Positions 37,891 through 47,920 of a DNA stretch of 64,000 bases are shown one piece after another. Source of the stretch: an uncultured Pseudomonadales bacterium (GTDB lineage Bacteria > Patescibacteriota > Microgenomatia > UBA1400 > PJMF01). The notes under the pieces are model-generated. The model made no database searches. It was not told the DNA's origin and was given only the letters and a program-made list of their open reading frames with translations. The DNA is taken from positions 34,107-98,106 of the forward strand of contig CAYTIA010000002.1 of assembly GCA_964437755.1 (NCBI GenBank), written 5' to 3'. The position numbers and the translations under genes are program-made. How positions within the stretch are numbered: position 1 is the first letter of the stretch; each line of letters starts with the position of its first letter.

Positions 37891-39867
37891 ATGAAGAATA
37901 ACAAAATTAAGATAGTGACTTATCTGTTTTTTATATTGGTTTTGTTTTTAATTTTCCCTTCAAATACTTTTGCCAAATCTTACAAAATTGACAGAGTAAA
38001 GATTGAGGCAGAGTTAAGCCAAGATGGCTCGATGAGAGTTAAAGAAACTCGAACCTATGATTTTGACGGAAGTTATACTTTTGCATATCTAACTCTGAAT
38101 CGTTATCTCAACTTAGTCAAAAACCCAGGTAGAACAGAACCTTACAAATTGTCAGATTTTACGATTTGTGAAGACAGTGATTGTTATCAGTTGGTTGATG
38201 CCAACTCAGGAGAATCGTACAAAAATGACAAGAGTTTTTATATCCGTGAAGACAAAGAAGAGTATTACATAAAATGGTTTTATCGAGCCAACAATCAGAA
38301 AAAATCTTTTACCCTGAGCTATTTTGTAGAGAATGCTATTACTCAGCATAAAGATGTTGATGAGTTGTATTGGCAGTTTATTGGCGATGATTGGGAGATT
38401 CCGCATCATCAAATTGAGGCGGTGCTTAAGCTTAACTTTATCGATTCCAATGATGCTGATTTTGGCAATCAACTAAAAGCTTGGTTACATGGGCAAACTG
38501 GAGGAATGGTAAGTATTGGCAATGCCAACACTATAATTTTTGAGATTGACCGATTAAATGCAGGCAATTTTTTTGAGGGAAGAGTTTTGTTTCCTTACCA
38601 AACTTTTGCTAATACAGCTACTGGAACTTTGAATAGAGATAAAATTCTAGAGCAAGAAAAAGGCTTTATTCGTCAAACGCAGATGATGGAGTATGCATTT
38701 TTGGGATTATCAGCCTTGTTGGCTGTTTTTAATGTGGGATTACTCTATTTTATTTTTTGCGAAATCTCAAATTATGCAAGGTATGGTTTTGGTAAGCGTT
38801 TGCCAAAGATAAAAGTAGGGGTGTGGGAGCCTCCAAGCGATTTAAATCCAGCGCAAGTGATGCAGCTGATATCGGGAAGTAAACATCTTGGTCCATCGGC
38901 TTTTACCTCATTAGTTTTGTCGTTGGTTCAAGCAAAAAAAGCCAAGATTATCAGAAGTGATCAGAAAGAAGGCTTTTTGTTTAAAAAATATCGATATGGC
39001 TTGCAGAAGGTGAGTGACGAGTATCAACTTAAGGCGTACAACAACCTAGACAGAATCCAAGTTAAGGTATTTAATTTTATCTTTGAAAGAGCTGGCAAAG
39101 GAAAGAAAACTGTTTGGTTTAATGAGTTAACTAGTTATTGTCGGTTGCACAGCGTTGTCGCTCAAGCATTTTTTAAGGGTTTGTCTGAATCTGCTCAACA
39201 AATTAATTTAAATCAGGGTTATTTTGACCAAGAAGCATTTGATAAACTGAGTAATAAAAAATGGTGGATCTTTGCCATCTCGATGGTTGGTAGTTTTATT
39301 TTGGCTGGAATAATTATCACAAAAACTCAATCAAGCTCCCAGTTTGATGCTATTCATTCAGTTAATGCGATAGTAAGCTATTTTTTATTTGGGTTAAGTG
39401 TTGTGGTATTGAGTATTACCAGTACGAAAGTTTTAAAACGAACTGAGAAAGGAGCTCAAGAAGCTGCTAACTGGAAGGCGTTTAAAAAACACTTAAAGCA
39501 TTATAAAAAAACAAAGGAATACTCAATTGACTCGATAATCATTTGGGAAAAGTATTTGGTTTACGGAACATTGTTGGGTGTTTCAATGAAGGCTCTTTCG
39601 CAAATGCCGGTGAAATTTGATCAACTAGACAAGAGCACTGCTCATACTTTTTCATATTGGGGTGTAAGCAATAATTTTGGAGCGAGAGGCCTTAGCTCGA
39701 TTGATCTCTCGTCAATCTCATCTAGTTTGACTGAAGTTAGCCAAGCGATAAATTCTTTATCATCTGTAAGTAGTTCAAGTTATGGTGCTAGCGGAATGGG
39801 TTCTTCTGGAGGTTCTTCTGGAGGTGGTGGTGGAGGCGGCGGTGGTGGCGGTGGTGGAGCTGGATAG
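37891..39867 (+). CDS. DUF2207-family membrane protein
   Basis: 'SYKIDRVKIEAELSQDGSMRVKETRTYDF', 'ELYWQFIG', 'WEKYLVYGTLLGV', poly-Gly C-tail. Confidence 0.9.
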   Translation: MKNNKIKIVTYLFFILVLFLIFPSNTFAKSYKIDRVKIEAELSQDGSMRVKETRTYDFDGSYTFAYLTLNRYLNLVKNPGRTEPYKLSDFTICEDSDCYQLVDANSGESYKNDKSFYIREDKEEYYIKWFYRANNQKKSFTLSYFVENAITQHKDVDELYWQFIGDDWEIPHHQIEAVLKLNFIDSNDADFGNQLKAWLHGQTGGMVSIGNANTIIFEIDRLNAGNFFEGRVLFPYQTFANTATGTLNRDKILEQEKGFIRQTQMMEYAFLGLSALLAVFNVGLLYFIFCEISNYARYGFGKRLPKIKVGVWEPPSDLNPAQVMQLISGSKHLGPSAFTSLVLSLVQAKKAKIIRSDQKEGFLFKKYRYGLQKVSDEYQLKAYNNLDRIQVKVFNFIFERAGKGKKTVWFNELTSYCRLHSVVAQAFFKGLSESAQQINLNQGYFDQEAFDKLSNKKWWIFAISMVGSFILAGIIITKTQSSSQFDAIHSVNAIVSYFLFGLSVVVLSITSTKVLKRTEKGAQEAANWKAFKKHLKHYKKTKEYSIDSIIIWEKYLVYGTLLGVSMKALSQMPVKFDQLDKSTAHTFSYWGVSNNFGARGLSSIDLSSISSSLTEVSQAINSLSSVSSSSYGASGMGSSGGSSGGGGGGGGGGGGGAG

Positions 39868-39897
39868 AGAGATTATATTTTTTGTATATAAATACTA

Positions 39898-40839
39898 ATG
39901 ATTGCAGAAAGAGTTTTAGAAACTAAACCTAAAGAATTTCAAGAATTTCTTGATGAGCATAAAGAAGAAGTTGATGCTATTTTGGAGTCCTTGCTGCCTA
40001 AGGGTGAAGTTTTTCGCCATCCCCATTATGAATTAAAAACTTTGAACGACTATCTTTTTTGGATTAATATGGTAAAGGTTAGGATGTTTTTTCAAGAGAG
40101 TTATTCACCAGAAAGTGTAGAGGACATAGATTCTTTAATGTCATTTTTTTCTCAAGCTCATGTAATCGCAATGACTGGGAAACAGAAGCCCAAAAGAGTA
40201 GAGAGAAAAAGAGCTTCTTATAATGGCATGTCTCCAGTAGATGGAGTATCCCCAGGAAAATATCGCGATGATAGAAAAGATCGGGCAGTATTTTTTAGTG
40301 GAGTAGATTTATTAACGAAGCAAGAAATAATAAACTGGTTGCAGTCTGTTGGTTTGTCCATTAATCAATCTCAGAGAGTATCCAAAGATTTTCTTCCAAC
40401 GTTACTTTCAGGGCAAACAATAGTTTATCCCAAATCTTCTTCAATACCGCGCCTATTGTCTGAGGTTTGTTCCTCTTTAGGATTGCTTGAAATAGGATTA
40501 CTTGCTTCAGAAGAACAAAAGGTCAAGGTAATTGGATCTGTAATTCAATTTTGGGCTTCTGCTCATCCTTTCCCTATAGTAAATCATTCTTTGATTATGA
40601 ATTTTGTGAATTTTCTATTAAAGAAAAACAATCTATCGCCGGTTCCTTCTACTCAGCCGTTGTGGCCGATAGCTGTTTGTATGCAAGACAATTTTCTAGA
40701 GTACTTTTGGCGCTATTATCAGCAATACAACCTTGACTCTGAAATCTGGAAAAAACCGTACGACCCAAAGATTCACGGTGAAAAAGATGATTTGGATAAT
40801 ATTTTATTACCTGTTGAGTTACCGCGGTTGGATCTTTAA
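39898..40839 (+). CDS. Hypothetical protein with degenerate Fic-like motif
   Basis: 'PGKYR' followed by 'FWASAHPFPIVNHSLIMNFVNFLL'. Confidence 0.55.
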   Translation: MIAERVLETKPKEFQEFLDEHKEEVDAILESLLPKGEVFRHPHYELKTLNDYLFWINMVKVRMFFQESYSPESVEDIDSLMSFFSQAHVIAMTGKQKPKRVERKRASYNGMSPVDGVSPGKYRDDRKDRAVFFSGVDLLTKQEIINWLQSVGLSINQSQRVSKDFLPTLLSGQTIVYPKSSSIPRLLSEVCSSLGLLEIGLLASEEQKVKVIGSVIQFWASAHPFPIVNHSLIMNFVNFLLKKNNLSPVPSTQPLWPIAVCMQDNFLEYFWRYYQQYNLDSEIWKKPYDPKIHGEKDDLDNILLPVELPRLDL

Positions 40840-40864
40840 TTCTTAAGATTGTTTAGGCGCTACT

Positions 40865-41932
40865 TTAGCCGAAATCTTCTTCGTCTTCAAAAGGATCAGC
40901 TTGTATAAATATTCCGCACTCATCAATTTTTCCATAAGGTAGATTACCCACTCCACCTTTTAGCTTAATAGTAGCTTCTTGTCTTTCTGGCTCAGGAACT
41001 GGGCGTAAGAGAAGAGCTCCTACTCGCCCAATTTGATCATATGCTGTTGATATAACAGCCCTTGTATTACGATCGCTACAGACTTGATGAAAATCATCGT
41101 TAGCTAGAATCGAGTAGTCTAAAAGTAATGTGCCATCGTCAGAGTAAAGGGTGCACTCCCCAACTAAAGCATCTCGATAATCAACTCTAACATCATCTGG
41201 AGTAAGTTGGTAGAGTTCGACTCTTTTACTCAAAGCAACGAGATAATTATGTAATTGTTTTTCTTCTTCAGGTTCCAAATTGGTTAATTGTGACTCAAGA
41301 GTATTTAAATTTTCAACTACCTTTCTAAATTCATTCATAATTTTTAAGCGATTCTCCTGAATTTCTGCTAATACTCTTTGCAGGGTTACTAGTCGAGTTT
41401 GTGCTTCATCCACCTCAATTTCAAGCTGTGGTACCTCTAATAAAAGTTTTTCTACTTTACTTCTAACTGAGTCAATTATTAAACTCATTTGCTCTAGGCT
41501 TAAATCAACAAATCTGGGTTGTCTTTCTTCTCCTCTAATAATTTTTCCAAGCACAATACTAATTGGGTTATTTTCTAAAATCTCATTTTTTTCTGCTTCT
41601 GGATGTGTTTTGAGATATTCTTGGCGAAGTTCTCTTTCAGTATCATATAGAGCTAACAGTAACCCGGGAGTTACTGGAACTTCGTGGTCAAACAGATTTA
41701 GTTTGGCAAGAACCGGCTGCAAACGCTCCAGGTGTTGAGTTGAATCTCTAATTCTGTATTGCTTTGATCCAATATCTTTTGAAATCTGTTCAGCAAGACG
41801 ACTTGCCTGAACAGTTGCTTCATCAAATCTAGCGATCCGCTGCAACATTTCTACAGCAGTATCAAAAAGCTCCTTGGCTTCAACAGCCAGTAATTCTGGG
41901 TTTTGAACATTAGCTTCAGAACTCATAAGCAA
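40865..41932 (-). CDS. Hypothetical coiled-coil protein
   Basis: 355-aa ORF, Glu/Leu-rich heptads. Confidence 0.65.
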   Translation of the reverse strand: MLMSSEANVQNPELLAVEAKELFDTAVEMLQRIARFDEATVQASRLAEQISKDIGSKQYRIRDSTQHLERLQPVLAKLNLFDHEVPVTPGLLLALYDTERELRQEYLKTHPEAEKNEILENNPISIVLGKIIRGEERQPRFVDLSLEQMSLIIDSVRSKVEKLLLEVPQLEIEVDEAQTRLVTLQRVLAEIQENRLKIMNEFRKVVENLNTLESQLTNLEPEEEKQLHNYLVALSKRVELYQLTPDDVRVDYRDALVGECTLYSDDGTLLLDYSILANDDFHQVCSDRNTRAVISTAYDQIGRVGALLLRPVPEPERQEATIKLKGGVGNLPYGKIDECGIFIQADPFEDEEDFG

Positions 41933-41949
41933 TATCCTTTAGAATCTCG

Positions 41950-42879
41950 TTAATATTGACTCTGTTTTTTTCTTTTTCTAGCAACTAACACAATTCCCAG
42001 CACTGCTAGCCAAATTGGACTGTAAACTACTGCCCAGATGCCTAGTTCGGCTAAACCTCTACCAGTTAATACGAGTGATCTAACTGCTTGTCTAAAGACA
42101 ACTTTGGCACTCCAGCTTTCAGCAGGGGCGTAAGGAAGAGCCATCTCATCGGTGGCCAGATAAACCGAAACCAAGCTATAGTCAGCGCTTTCGGCAAGAT
42201 AACGACGAGTACCTTCAAGAGAATCAATCTGAGTTTGCAAGTTGAGTAACTCACGCTGAACCTCAAGCATATCACTAACTGTAAAGGCGCTACCAAGCAT
42301 CTCCTCAAACTTTCTTTTGGTTGTATTGAGAACACGAAGCCTTTCTTCAATATTTGTGTACTGCTCAGTGATATCTCTGCCTGATACATTTTCAGAAACA
42401 ACCTTAACTCCGAGGTTTCTAACGGCTGCTAAAAAATTATCAAGTTTTTCACTTTGAACTCTTACGGAAATGTAGCCAGAAGCTCCCTCTTCAGGTCGAC
42501 TAATGTTTTGATTGACCATGAAGCCTTGGTGATTAACGGCTAGCTTATTAATTTGATCTAGAACTGAACCAACATCATCAACTTTTAATGACAGGGAAGT
42601 ATCGGTAATTACTTTTCTATCAGCGCTATCATAACCTGATCCGATTGATTCTTCTGACGAACTAAAATTATCAAGAAATGTTCTTGAACTGCTGGCGGGA
42701 GCTGGCATTTGAGCTGCCATGTCATAGCTAACCATCTCGTTTTGATAAACTGAATATTTTGATTGACCAACAAAAGGAGCTGAAGCTCTAGACCTTGCTA
42801 GTAAAAAAATTATCACCACTATCAAGGCTGTGGCTAATTTATTTTGTTTAATCCAGGAAAAAATGGATGGTTTTGGCAT
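41950..42879 (-). CDS. DUF4349-family protein
   Basis: 'RKVITDTSLSLKVDDV', 'DITEQYTNIEERL', 'QIDSLEG', C-terminal TM; likely start MPKPS at 42879. Confidence 0.88.
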   Translation of the reverse strand: MPKPSIFSWIKQNKLATALIVVIIFLLARSRASAPFVGQSKYSVYQNEMVSYDMAAQMPAPASSSRTFLDNFSSSEESIGSGYDSADRKVITDTSLSLKVDDVGSVLDQINKLAVNHQGFMVNQNISRPEEGASGYISVRVQSEKLDNFLAAVRNLGVKVVSENVSGRDITEQYTNIEERLRVLNTTKRKFEEMLGSAFTVSDMLEVQRELLNLQTQIDSLEGTRRYLAESADYSLVSVYLATDEMALPYAPAESWSAKVVFRQAVRSLVLTGRGLAELGIWAVVYSPIWLAVLGIVLVARKRKKQSQY

Positions 42880-42947
42880 AGTTATGAAGTGGTCAATAAA
42901 AACCATGATTAATACTTAAAAAAAGTATAACACTTTTTTAAGTTGCG

Positions 42948-42956
42948 TGTTATAAT
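42948..42956 (+). promoter_or_regulatory. Extended -10 promoter of the thrS leader
   Basis: TGTTATAAT, ending 10 nt upstream of leader ATG 42967. Confidence 0.7.
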
Positions 42957-42966
42957 TTTGCCACCA

Positions 42967-43011
42967 ATGCAGCAATACTTAATAACTACTACCACTACTG
43001 CCATCTCCTGA
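42967..43011 (+). CDS. Threonine-rich attenuator leader peptide MQQYLITTTTTAIS
   Basis: ATG CAG CAA TAC TTA ATA ACT ACT ACC ACT ACT GCC ATC TCC TGA upstream of thrS. Confidence 0.88.
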   Translation: MQQYLITTTTTAIS

Positions 43012-43046
43012 CGGAGGGTGTGGTGTTGGTGCTTATTAATACTCAC

Positions 43047-43070
43047 AACCTCCAAACAGGAGGTTTTTTT
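43047..43070 (+). terminator. Attenuator terminator upstream of thrS
   Basis: AACCTCC-AAACA-GGAGGTT followed by more Ts; the CCTCC arm can alternatively pair with GGAGG at 43013-43017. Confidence 0.88.
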
Positions 43071-43138
43071 GTAGCTTATTGGCGAAACTTACTCCTGCGA
43101 AAATCCAAATTATCAATTAAAATTACTTAGAACAACAT

Positions 43139-44977
43139 ATGTCAAAAAACCCAAACCCAAATTTATCAAGCAACGAACAACAACTCTTGGCTTTACGTCA
43201 CAGCGCCGAACACGTACTTACCTACGCCATGCAGAGACTCTATGGTCAAGACAGAGTTATTATGGCAATGGGGCCAGCTACTGCCGATGGTTTTTACTTT
43301 GATTTTGATACTCCGGAAGATTTTATTGTTAATGAGCAAATGCTGGGCAAGATTGAGAAAGAGATGAAACAGTTAATCAAGGCAAATTTATCTCTGATTC
43401 AAATTAAAGTCACTTTGCCAGTGGCTCGATCGGTTTTTATTAACAATCCTTATAAGCAAGAGTGGCTTGATGGCATTGAAAGTGAAGGGGAGCAAGTTAG
43501 TTTATATCTAATGGGAACCAAAGAACAGTTAGAGAATGATCAAGCATTGTTCCAGAAAGCCCAGGATGGAGAGATCTTAGATCCTTCTATTCTGCAATCA
43601 TTTGTTGATCTGTGCAAGGGTCCTCATGTGGACTCTACAGGTGAAATAAAAGCTTTTAAGTTACTCTCAATTGCCGGTGCCTATTGGCATGGAGATGAAA
43701 AAAACAAGATGCTCACTCGTATTTATGGTACGGCTTTTAATACTCAAGAGGAACTAGATCATTATCTGTGGCAAATAGAAGAAGCTAAAAAGAGAGATCA
43801 CAAAAAAATTGGTCAGAAGCTTGGCTTGTTTATGTTTGATGAGGAGTTTGGGCAAGGCTTGCCTTTGTATAAGCCAAAAGGTGCAATGTTGCGCAAACTT
43901 ATTATGGATTTTGCTTTTGAAACATATCTCAAGCGAGGTTACCAACCAGTTTCTACGCCACATATTGCCAGGCGAGGCTTATGGGAAACTTCTGGACACT
44001 GGTTTTTTTATCGCGACTCGATTTATTCTCCAATGGAGGTCGATGGTGAGCAGTATTTGCTCAAACCAATGAACTGTCCTGGTCATGTGAAGATTTATAA
44101 CAATGATCTTCATAGTTATCGCGACTTGCCAGTTCGATTGGCAGAGATGGGCACTGTCTATCGATATGAAAAATCTGGAGAGTTAAATGGAATCTTGCGT
44201 CCACGTGGATTTACACAAGATGATGCACACATAATTTGTACCCCAGATCAGCTTCCGGCCGAACTATTAGAGGTAATCGATTTAACCAAGTTTATTTATT
44301 CGAGGTTTGGTTTTAATGATCCAGTAATCAGTTTGTCTGTTCGTGATCCAGAAAATAAATCTAAGTATATGGGGGATGATGATAGTTGGTCATTAGCCGA
44401 AAAAGCACTTGAGGAGGCCTTAATTGAAAAACAGTTGCCTTATCAAAGAATTGAGGGTGAAGCGGCTTTTTATGGTCCCAAGATAGATTTTATGTTTGAG
44501 GATGCTTTGGGTCGCAAGCAACAGCTTACCACCATCCAGGTTGATTTTAATCTGCCGGAGAAATTTGAAATGTACTACATCAACGAAAAAGGCGAAAAAC
44601 AACAGCCATTTATGTTACACAGAGCCTTATTGGGTTCTCTAGAAAGATTTATGGGAGTGTTGATTGAGCACACGGCTGGCAATTTTCCTTTCTGGTTGTC
44701 ACCAGTACAGGTAAAAGTATTGCCGATTACCGATGAGCAGATTGAATACGCTAATTCAGTAGTTGATCAGTTAAGAAAAGAAAATATTAGGGTTGAGGTT
44801 GATGATCGCAGTGCCACTTTGGGTGGCAAGATTCGTGATGCTGAAAGCGAGAGAGTTCCAGTGATGTTAATAGTTGGTGCTAGAGAAGCAGAAAGAGGTG
44901 AGGTGAGCATAAGGGAGAGAGATAAGAAGGAGCAGAGAGTAGTGAGGGTGGAGCTGTTATTGAAAGATATAGTGTAA
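43139..44977 (+). CDS. thrS: Threonine--tRNA ligase (no N-terminal TGS domain)
   Basis: 'RHSAEH', 'DLCKGPHV', 'RDHKKIG', 'KPMNCPGH', 'YRYEKSG', 'AFYGPKID', 'HRALLGSLERF'. Confidence 0.99.
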   Translation: MSKNPNPNLSSNEQQLLALRHSAEHVLTYAMQRLYGQDRVIMAMGPATADGFYFDFDTPEDFIVNEQMLGKIEKEMKQLIKANLSLIQIKVTLPVARSVFINNPYKQEWLDGIESEGEQVSLYLMGTKEQLENDQALFQKAQDGEILDPSILQSFVDLCKGPHVDSTGEIKAFKLLSIAGAYWHGDEKNKMLTRIYGTAFNTQEELDHYLWQIEEAKKRDHKKIGQKLGLFMFDEEFGQGLPLYKPKGAMLRKLIMDFAFETYLKRGYQPVSTPHIARRGLWETSGHWFFYRDSIYSPMEVDGEQYLLKPMNCPGHVKIYNNDLHSYRDLPVRLAEMGTVYRYEKSGELNGILRPRGFTQDDAHIICTPDQLPAELLEVIDLTKFIYSRFGFNDPVISLSVRDPENKSKYMGDDDSWSLAEKALEEALIEKQLPYQRIEGEAAFYGPKIDFMFEDALGRKQQLTTIQVDFNLPEKFEMYYINEKGEKQQPFMLHRALLGSLERFMGVLIEHTAGNFPFWLSPVQVKVLPITDEQIEYANSVVDQLRKENIRVEVDDRSATLGGKIRDAESERVPVMLIVGAREAERGEVSIRERDKKEQRVVRVELLLKDIV

Positions 44978-45046
44978 AAATCTTGAAAAGCTAATCAGCA
45001 TCTTTTATTATGATTAAAGTATTATTATTACTAATTAAGAACAAAC

Positions 45047-45565
45047 ATGACAGAAACAAAACAACAAGATATGGTTTTTAATGCAGAGTTAGAAAAAGTT
45101 CCTGAAAGAGAAGTGTTAATTGATATGCTACTATTAGATGAAGAGGATAGGCATAAAGAAGGAACTGTCGACGAATCTAGAGAAAAAGATCGCTCAGATT
45201 GGACTCAATCAATCGATCAAGGGGAGGTGCCTATTAAAAGTGAGTCACTGATGAGTGAAAAAGCTCAACAGTATCTAAAATGGATTAATAATGAAAAGCT
45301 CGGAGCGTCTAGATTTATTGATTTGCACTATGAATTAAAAGAAAAAGAGTATTTAAAAGGTGATGAGTTAGAGGTTGTTAAAAAAGCACTTTCTCAAGCA
45401 AGAGCGGATTACTGGATAACAAGGCTTGTTCCAAATCGCATAGGTGATTGGACTCTTGCAGATGTTATTGGTCGTTTAGAGGATGAGTATAAAAGTGGAC
45501 TATTATCAGAGACTGATGTGAAAAGAGCAGCTTTTGAAATAAAGAAACATTTAGAAAAGAGCTAA
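45047..45565 (+). CDS. Hypothetical acidic helical protein
   Basis: 172-aa ORF, no recognisable motif. Confidence 0.6.
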   Translation: MTETKQQDMVFNAELEKVPEREVLIDMLLLDEEDRHKEGTVDESREKDRSDWTQSIDQGEVPIKSESLMSEKAQQYLKWINNEKLGASRFIDLHYELKEKEYLKGDELEVVKKALSQARADYWITRLVPNRIGDWTLADVIGRLEDEYKSGLLSETDVKRAAFEIKKHLEKS

Positions 45566-45584
45566 TTTTTAAACACTAAACAAC

Positions 45585-46253
45585 ATGTCTGAAAAAACAC
45601 CAATTTCAGAACTGACCCATCCACTAGAAGCTCTCTCGAAAGAGAGACTTAGAGCAATATATGAGGTTATGTTGCACAAGTCTCTTGAACATAGAGCAAT
45701 TAGTAATGAAGCTGCTGGGGCTACTAGCAAAGGTTTTCAAGAATCTCTTGAAGAGTGGGAAGGGGAAGATTATCCTCCCATTTCTGATTTTGTGGTATCA
45801 CATTCGGTTTTGAAGAAAAAACAGCCTGATTATGCTAGGCCACAATTGATTGTAAGCAGATATGAAGGAGATCCAGAAGCAGCTACTGGCTTAGGAAGTA
45901 ATGCATTTTATGAACTTGAATCTCAAAAGGATATAACGATTCAACTGCATGTTGAACGCAGGGTTCAGAAGGGTTTGCTGCCAGATGTTAGTATAAATGT
46001 AGTTCTTTATGAACCAGATTTATCAAGAGGTGGCGGGATGGTTTCTAAAACAAGGCTCAACATACACATTGAGCAAGAAGGAACATTATCAAATGAGTCA
46101 GAAGAGATCTTGGTGAGAAATATGGATGCTAATAGGATAGTAGTTTTCAACTCAGATGGAGAGGTGGCAAATGATGATCAAGATATTGACACCCAAGAGG
46201 TTAACAAGACAGTGGATCAATGCTTAGCTCTTGTTGAAAAAGTTCTAAAATAA
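45585..46253 (+). CDS. Hypothetical protein
   Basis: 222-aa ORF, co-oriented, 19 nt after the previous gene. Confidence 0.6.
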   Translation: MSEKTPISELTHPLEALSKERLRAIYEVMLHKSLEHRAISNEAAGATSKGFQESLEEWEGEDYPPISDFVVSHSVLKKKQPDYARPQLIVSRYEGDPEAATGLGSNAFYELESQKDITIQLHVERRVQKGLLPDVSINVVLYEPDLSRGGGMVSKTRLNIHIEQEGTLSNESEEILVRNMDANRIVVFNSDGEVANDDQDIDTQEVNKTVDQCLALVEKVLK

Positions 46254-46292
46254 TAAGTGGGTGGTATTTAAAAATTTTGCTTCAATTCTTTT

Positions 46293-47840
46293 TTAAGCTC
46301 CTTTTGTATTTAGAGCATCCACATTTATTAATTTTAACAAATGCTCTCTCATTGCTTTTGTTCCTTTTTGAAGAGGATGTTCACCAGTATCAAGTAAACT
46401 TATCTCCTTGATTAAATCATTAAAGTATTCTACTTTTTGTTTTAATAATTCAACTGCTTGTTCAGCTTTTGTTGCAAAAAGGGGAATGACTGCTTGGTAT
46501 GCTTCTAAAGCTTGTTGATCTGCTGTTATAGAATGAATTTCATGAAGTAATAAAGCTAGGCGAATTACATCAGGCTGATCATCCTCTTTCTCAAGCAATT
46601 GTCCAACATCTTTAGATATTTCTTCTAATCTACTAGCTGTTTTAGGCTCAAGATCAAGAGTGGAGAATCTGTCGGGATGAGCTAAGCGTTTTAGTTTTGA
46701 TTGCCATTTACGTCCTCCCCATAATTCTTGAGGATTTGCTTCGATCTTTCCAGATTCAAAAGTTGTATTATGAATTTGTTTCCCCTTGTAAAATGATCCT
46801 AACTCATCTGCTCCAGGGAAAGATGATCTCTTGATATCAAATAGTCTATAAATGCATTGTAAAGTGGAAAATAACTCTGTTGATTCTCTCTGTATTTCAA
46901 GAGGAATTTCACTCATTATAATTGCAGTTGCTTTTGTGATATCTTCTATAGCTGTTTGCAAAATTCTTAACTTTTTGAGTGGATCTGTTTCTGCATTAGC
47001 TCTTTCAATAATGTCGTTAATCGAAAATTGCTTTTTTTCTGGTGGATCTTGTGTTGAGTAGGGATCGGGTATCTCAGCTGTTTGATCGGGTTCAAGAGTT
47101 GATTGGTGAAGTTTTTCTTGAGACTCTGCTGTACTAAAGACTACATACTCTTCCATCTTTCCTGTTTTAATTAGTTCGGCGACCATAGCCTTATTTAGAC
47201 CATAAAGTAGCTGGTGAATTGTTTGCCAATCTGCCTTAGTAGCTGTATCATAAGTTTGTAATGCCTCGGCGTCAGCCACCCATGGCTCTTGGATCATTCG
47301 ATTAAGACCAAGTAATGAATGTTTTATTTTGGGCCAAAGTCTTCTAGCGCGGGTGTTTATTGGTCCACCCTCACAGCCATCACGAAAAGTTTGAGAAATC
47401 TCTGCCTCTTCTCCATATGTCACCCGAAATCTAATTTGTTTAGGGCCTCCTTTTTCATTAAGATTTGCTCTTAGACCATCACCCAACGTTGTTGATAGGC
47501 TGTCAATTACCCCAGCTCTTTGTTCTGTTATTGGAGAAACTCTTTCTAAAGCGAATTCTAATGCATTTGATTCTTTAGTTTGATGATCTACAAGTTGTAA
47601 ACATCTAATCAGTCTGAATTTTGCATCAGGGGTGATTCTTGCTGCTTGTGCATCCATGGGTGAAAAAAATAACAAGCTGTTTGGGAATGCTCCCTTGCCC
47701 GGATACAAAAATTTTGCCAAATTTGCTGCTTGTTGTGCTAACGTTACGACCTCATTTCTAAATTCAGCTTCTACTAGAACTTCATTTTCAAATTGTTTAA
47801 GTAAGTCTGGACGTGAATTTGCTTCTGGGGGGTTTGTCAT
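46293..47840 (-). CDS. Hypothetical helical protein with HPD (J-domain-like) motif
   Basis: 'WQSKLKRLAHPDRF...ASRLEEISK'. Confidence 0.55.
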   Translation of the reverse strand: MTNPPEANSRPDLLKQFENEVLVEAEFRNEVVTLAQQAANLAKFLYPGKGAFPNSLLFFSPMDAQAARITPDAKFRLIRCLQLVDHQTKESNALEFALERVSPITEQRAGVIDSLSTTLGDGLRANLNEKGGPKQIRFRVTYGEEAEISQTFRDGCEGGPINTRARRLWPKIKHSLLGLNRMIQEPWVADAEALQTYDTATKADWQTIHQLLYGLNKAMVAELIKTGKMEEYVVFSTAESQEKLHQSTLEPDQTAEIPDPYSTQDPPEKKQFSINDIIERANAETDPLKKLRILQTAIEDITKATAIIMSEIPLEIQRESTELFSTLQCIYRLFDIKRSSFPGADELGSFYKGKQIHNTTFESGKIEANPQELWGGRKWQSKLKRLAHPDRFSTLDLEPKTASRLEEISKDVGQLLEKEDDQPDVIRLALLLHEIHSITADQQALEAYQAVIPLFATKAEQAVELLKQKVEYFNDLIKEISLLDTGEHPLQKGTKAMREHLLKLINVDALNTKGA

Positions 47841-47920
47841 AAATTTTTTACTGTCATTTAATATTTATCTTAATAATGTTAACATTTTAATTAGCAAAAG
47901 TTAATCGTATATATGTTTTA

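Noticed and set aside
39795-39864. GGT/GGC-rich tandem repeat
   Set aside because: Encodes the poly-Gly tail typical of DUF2207 proteins
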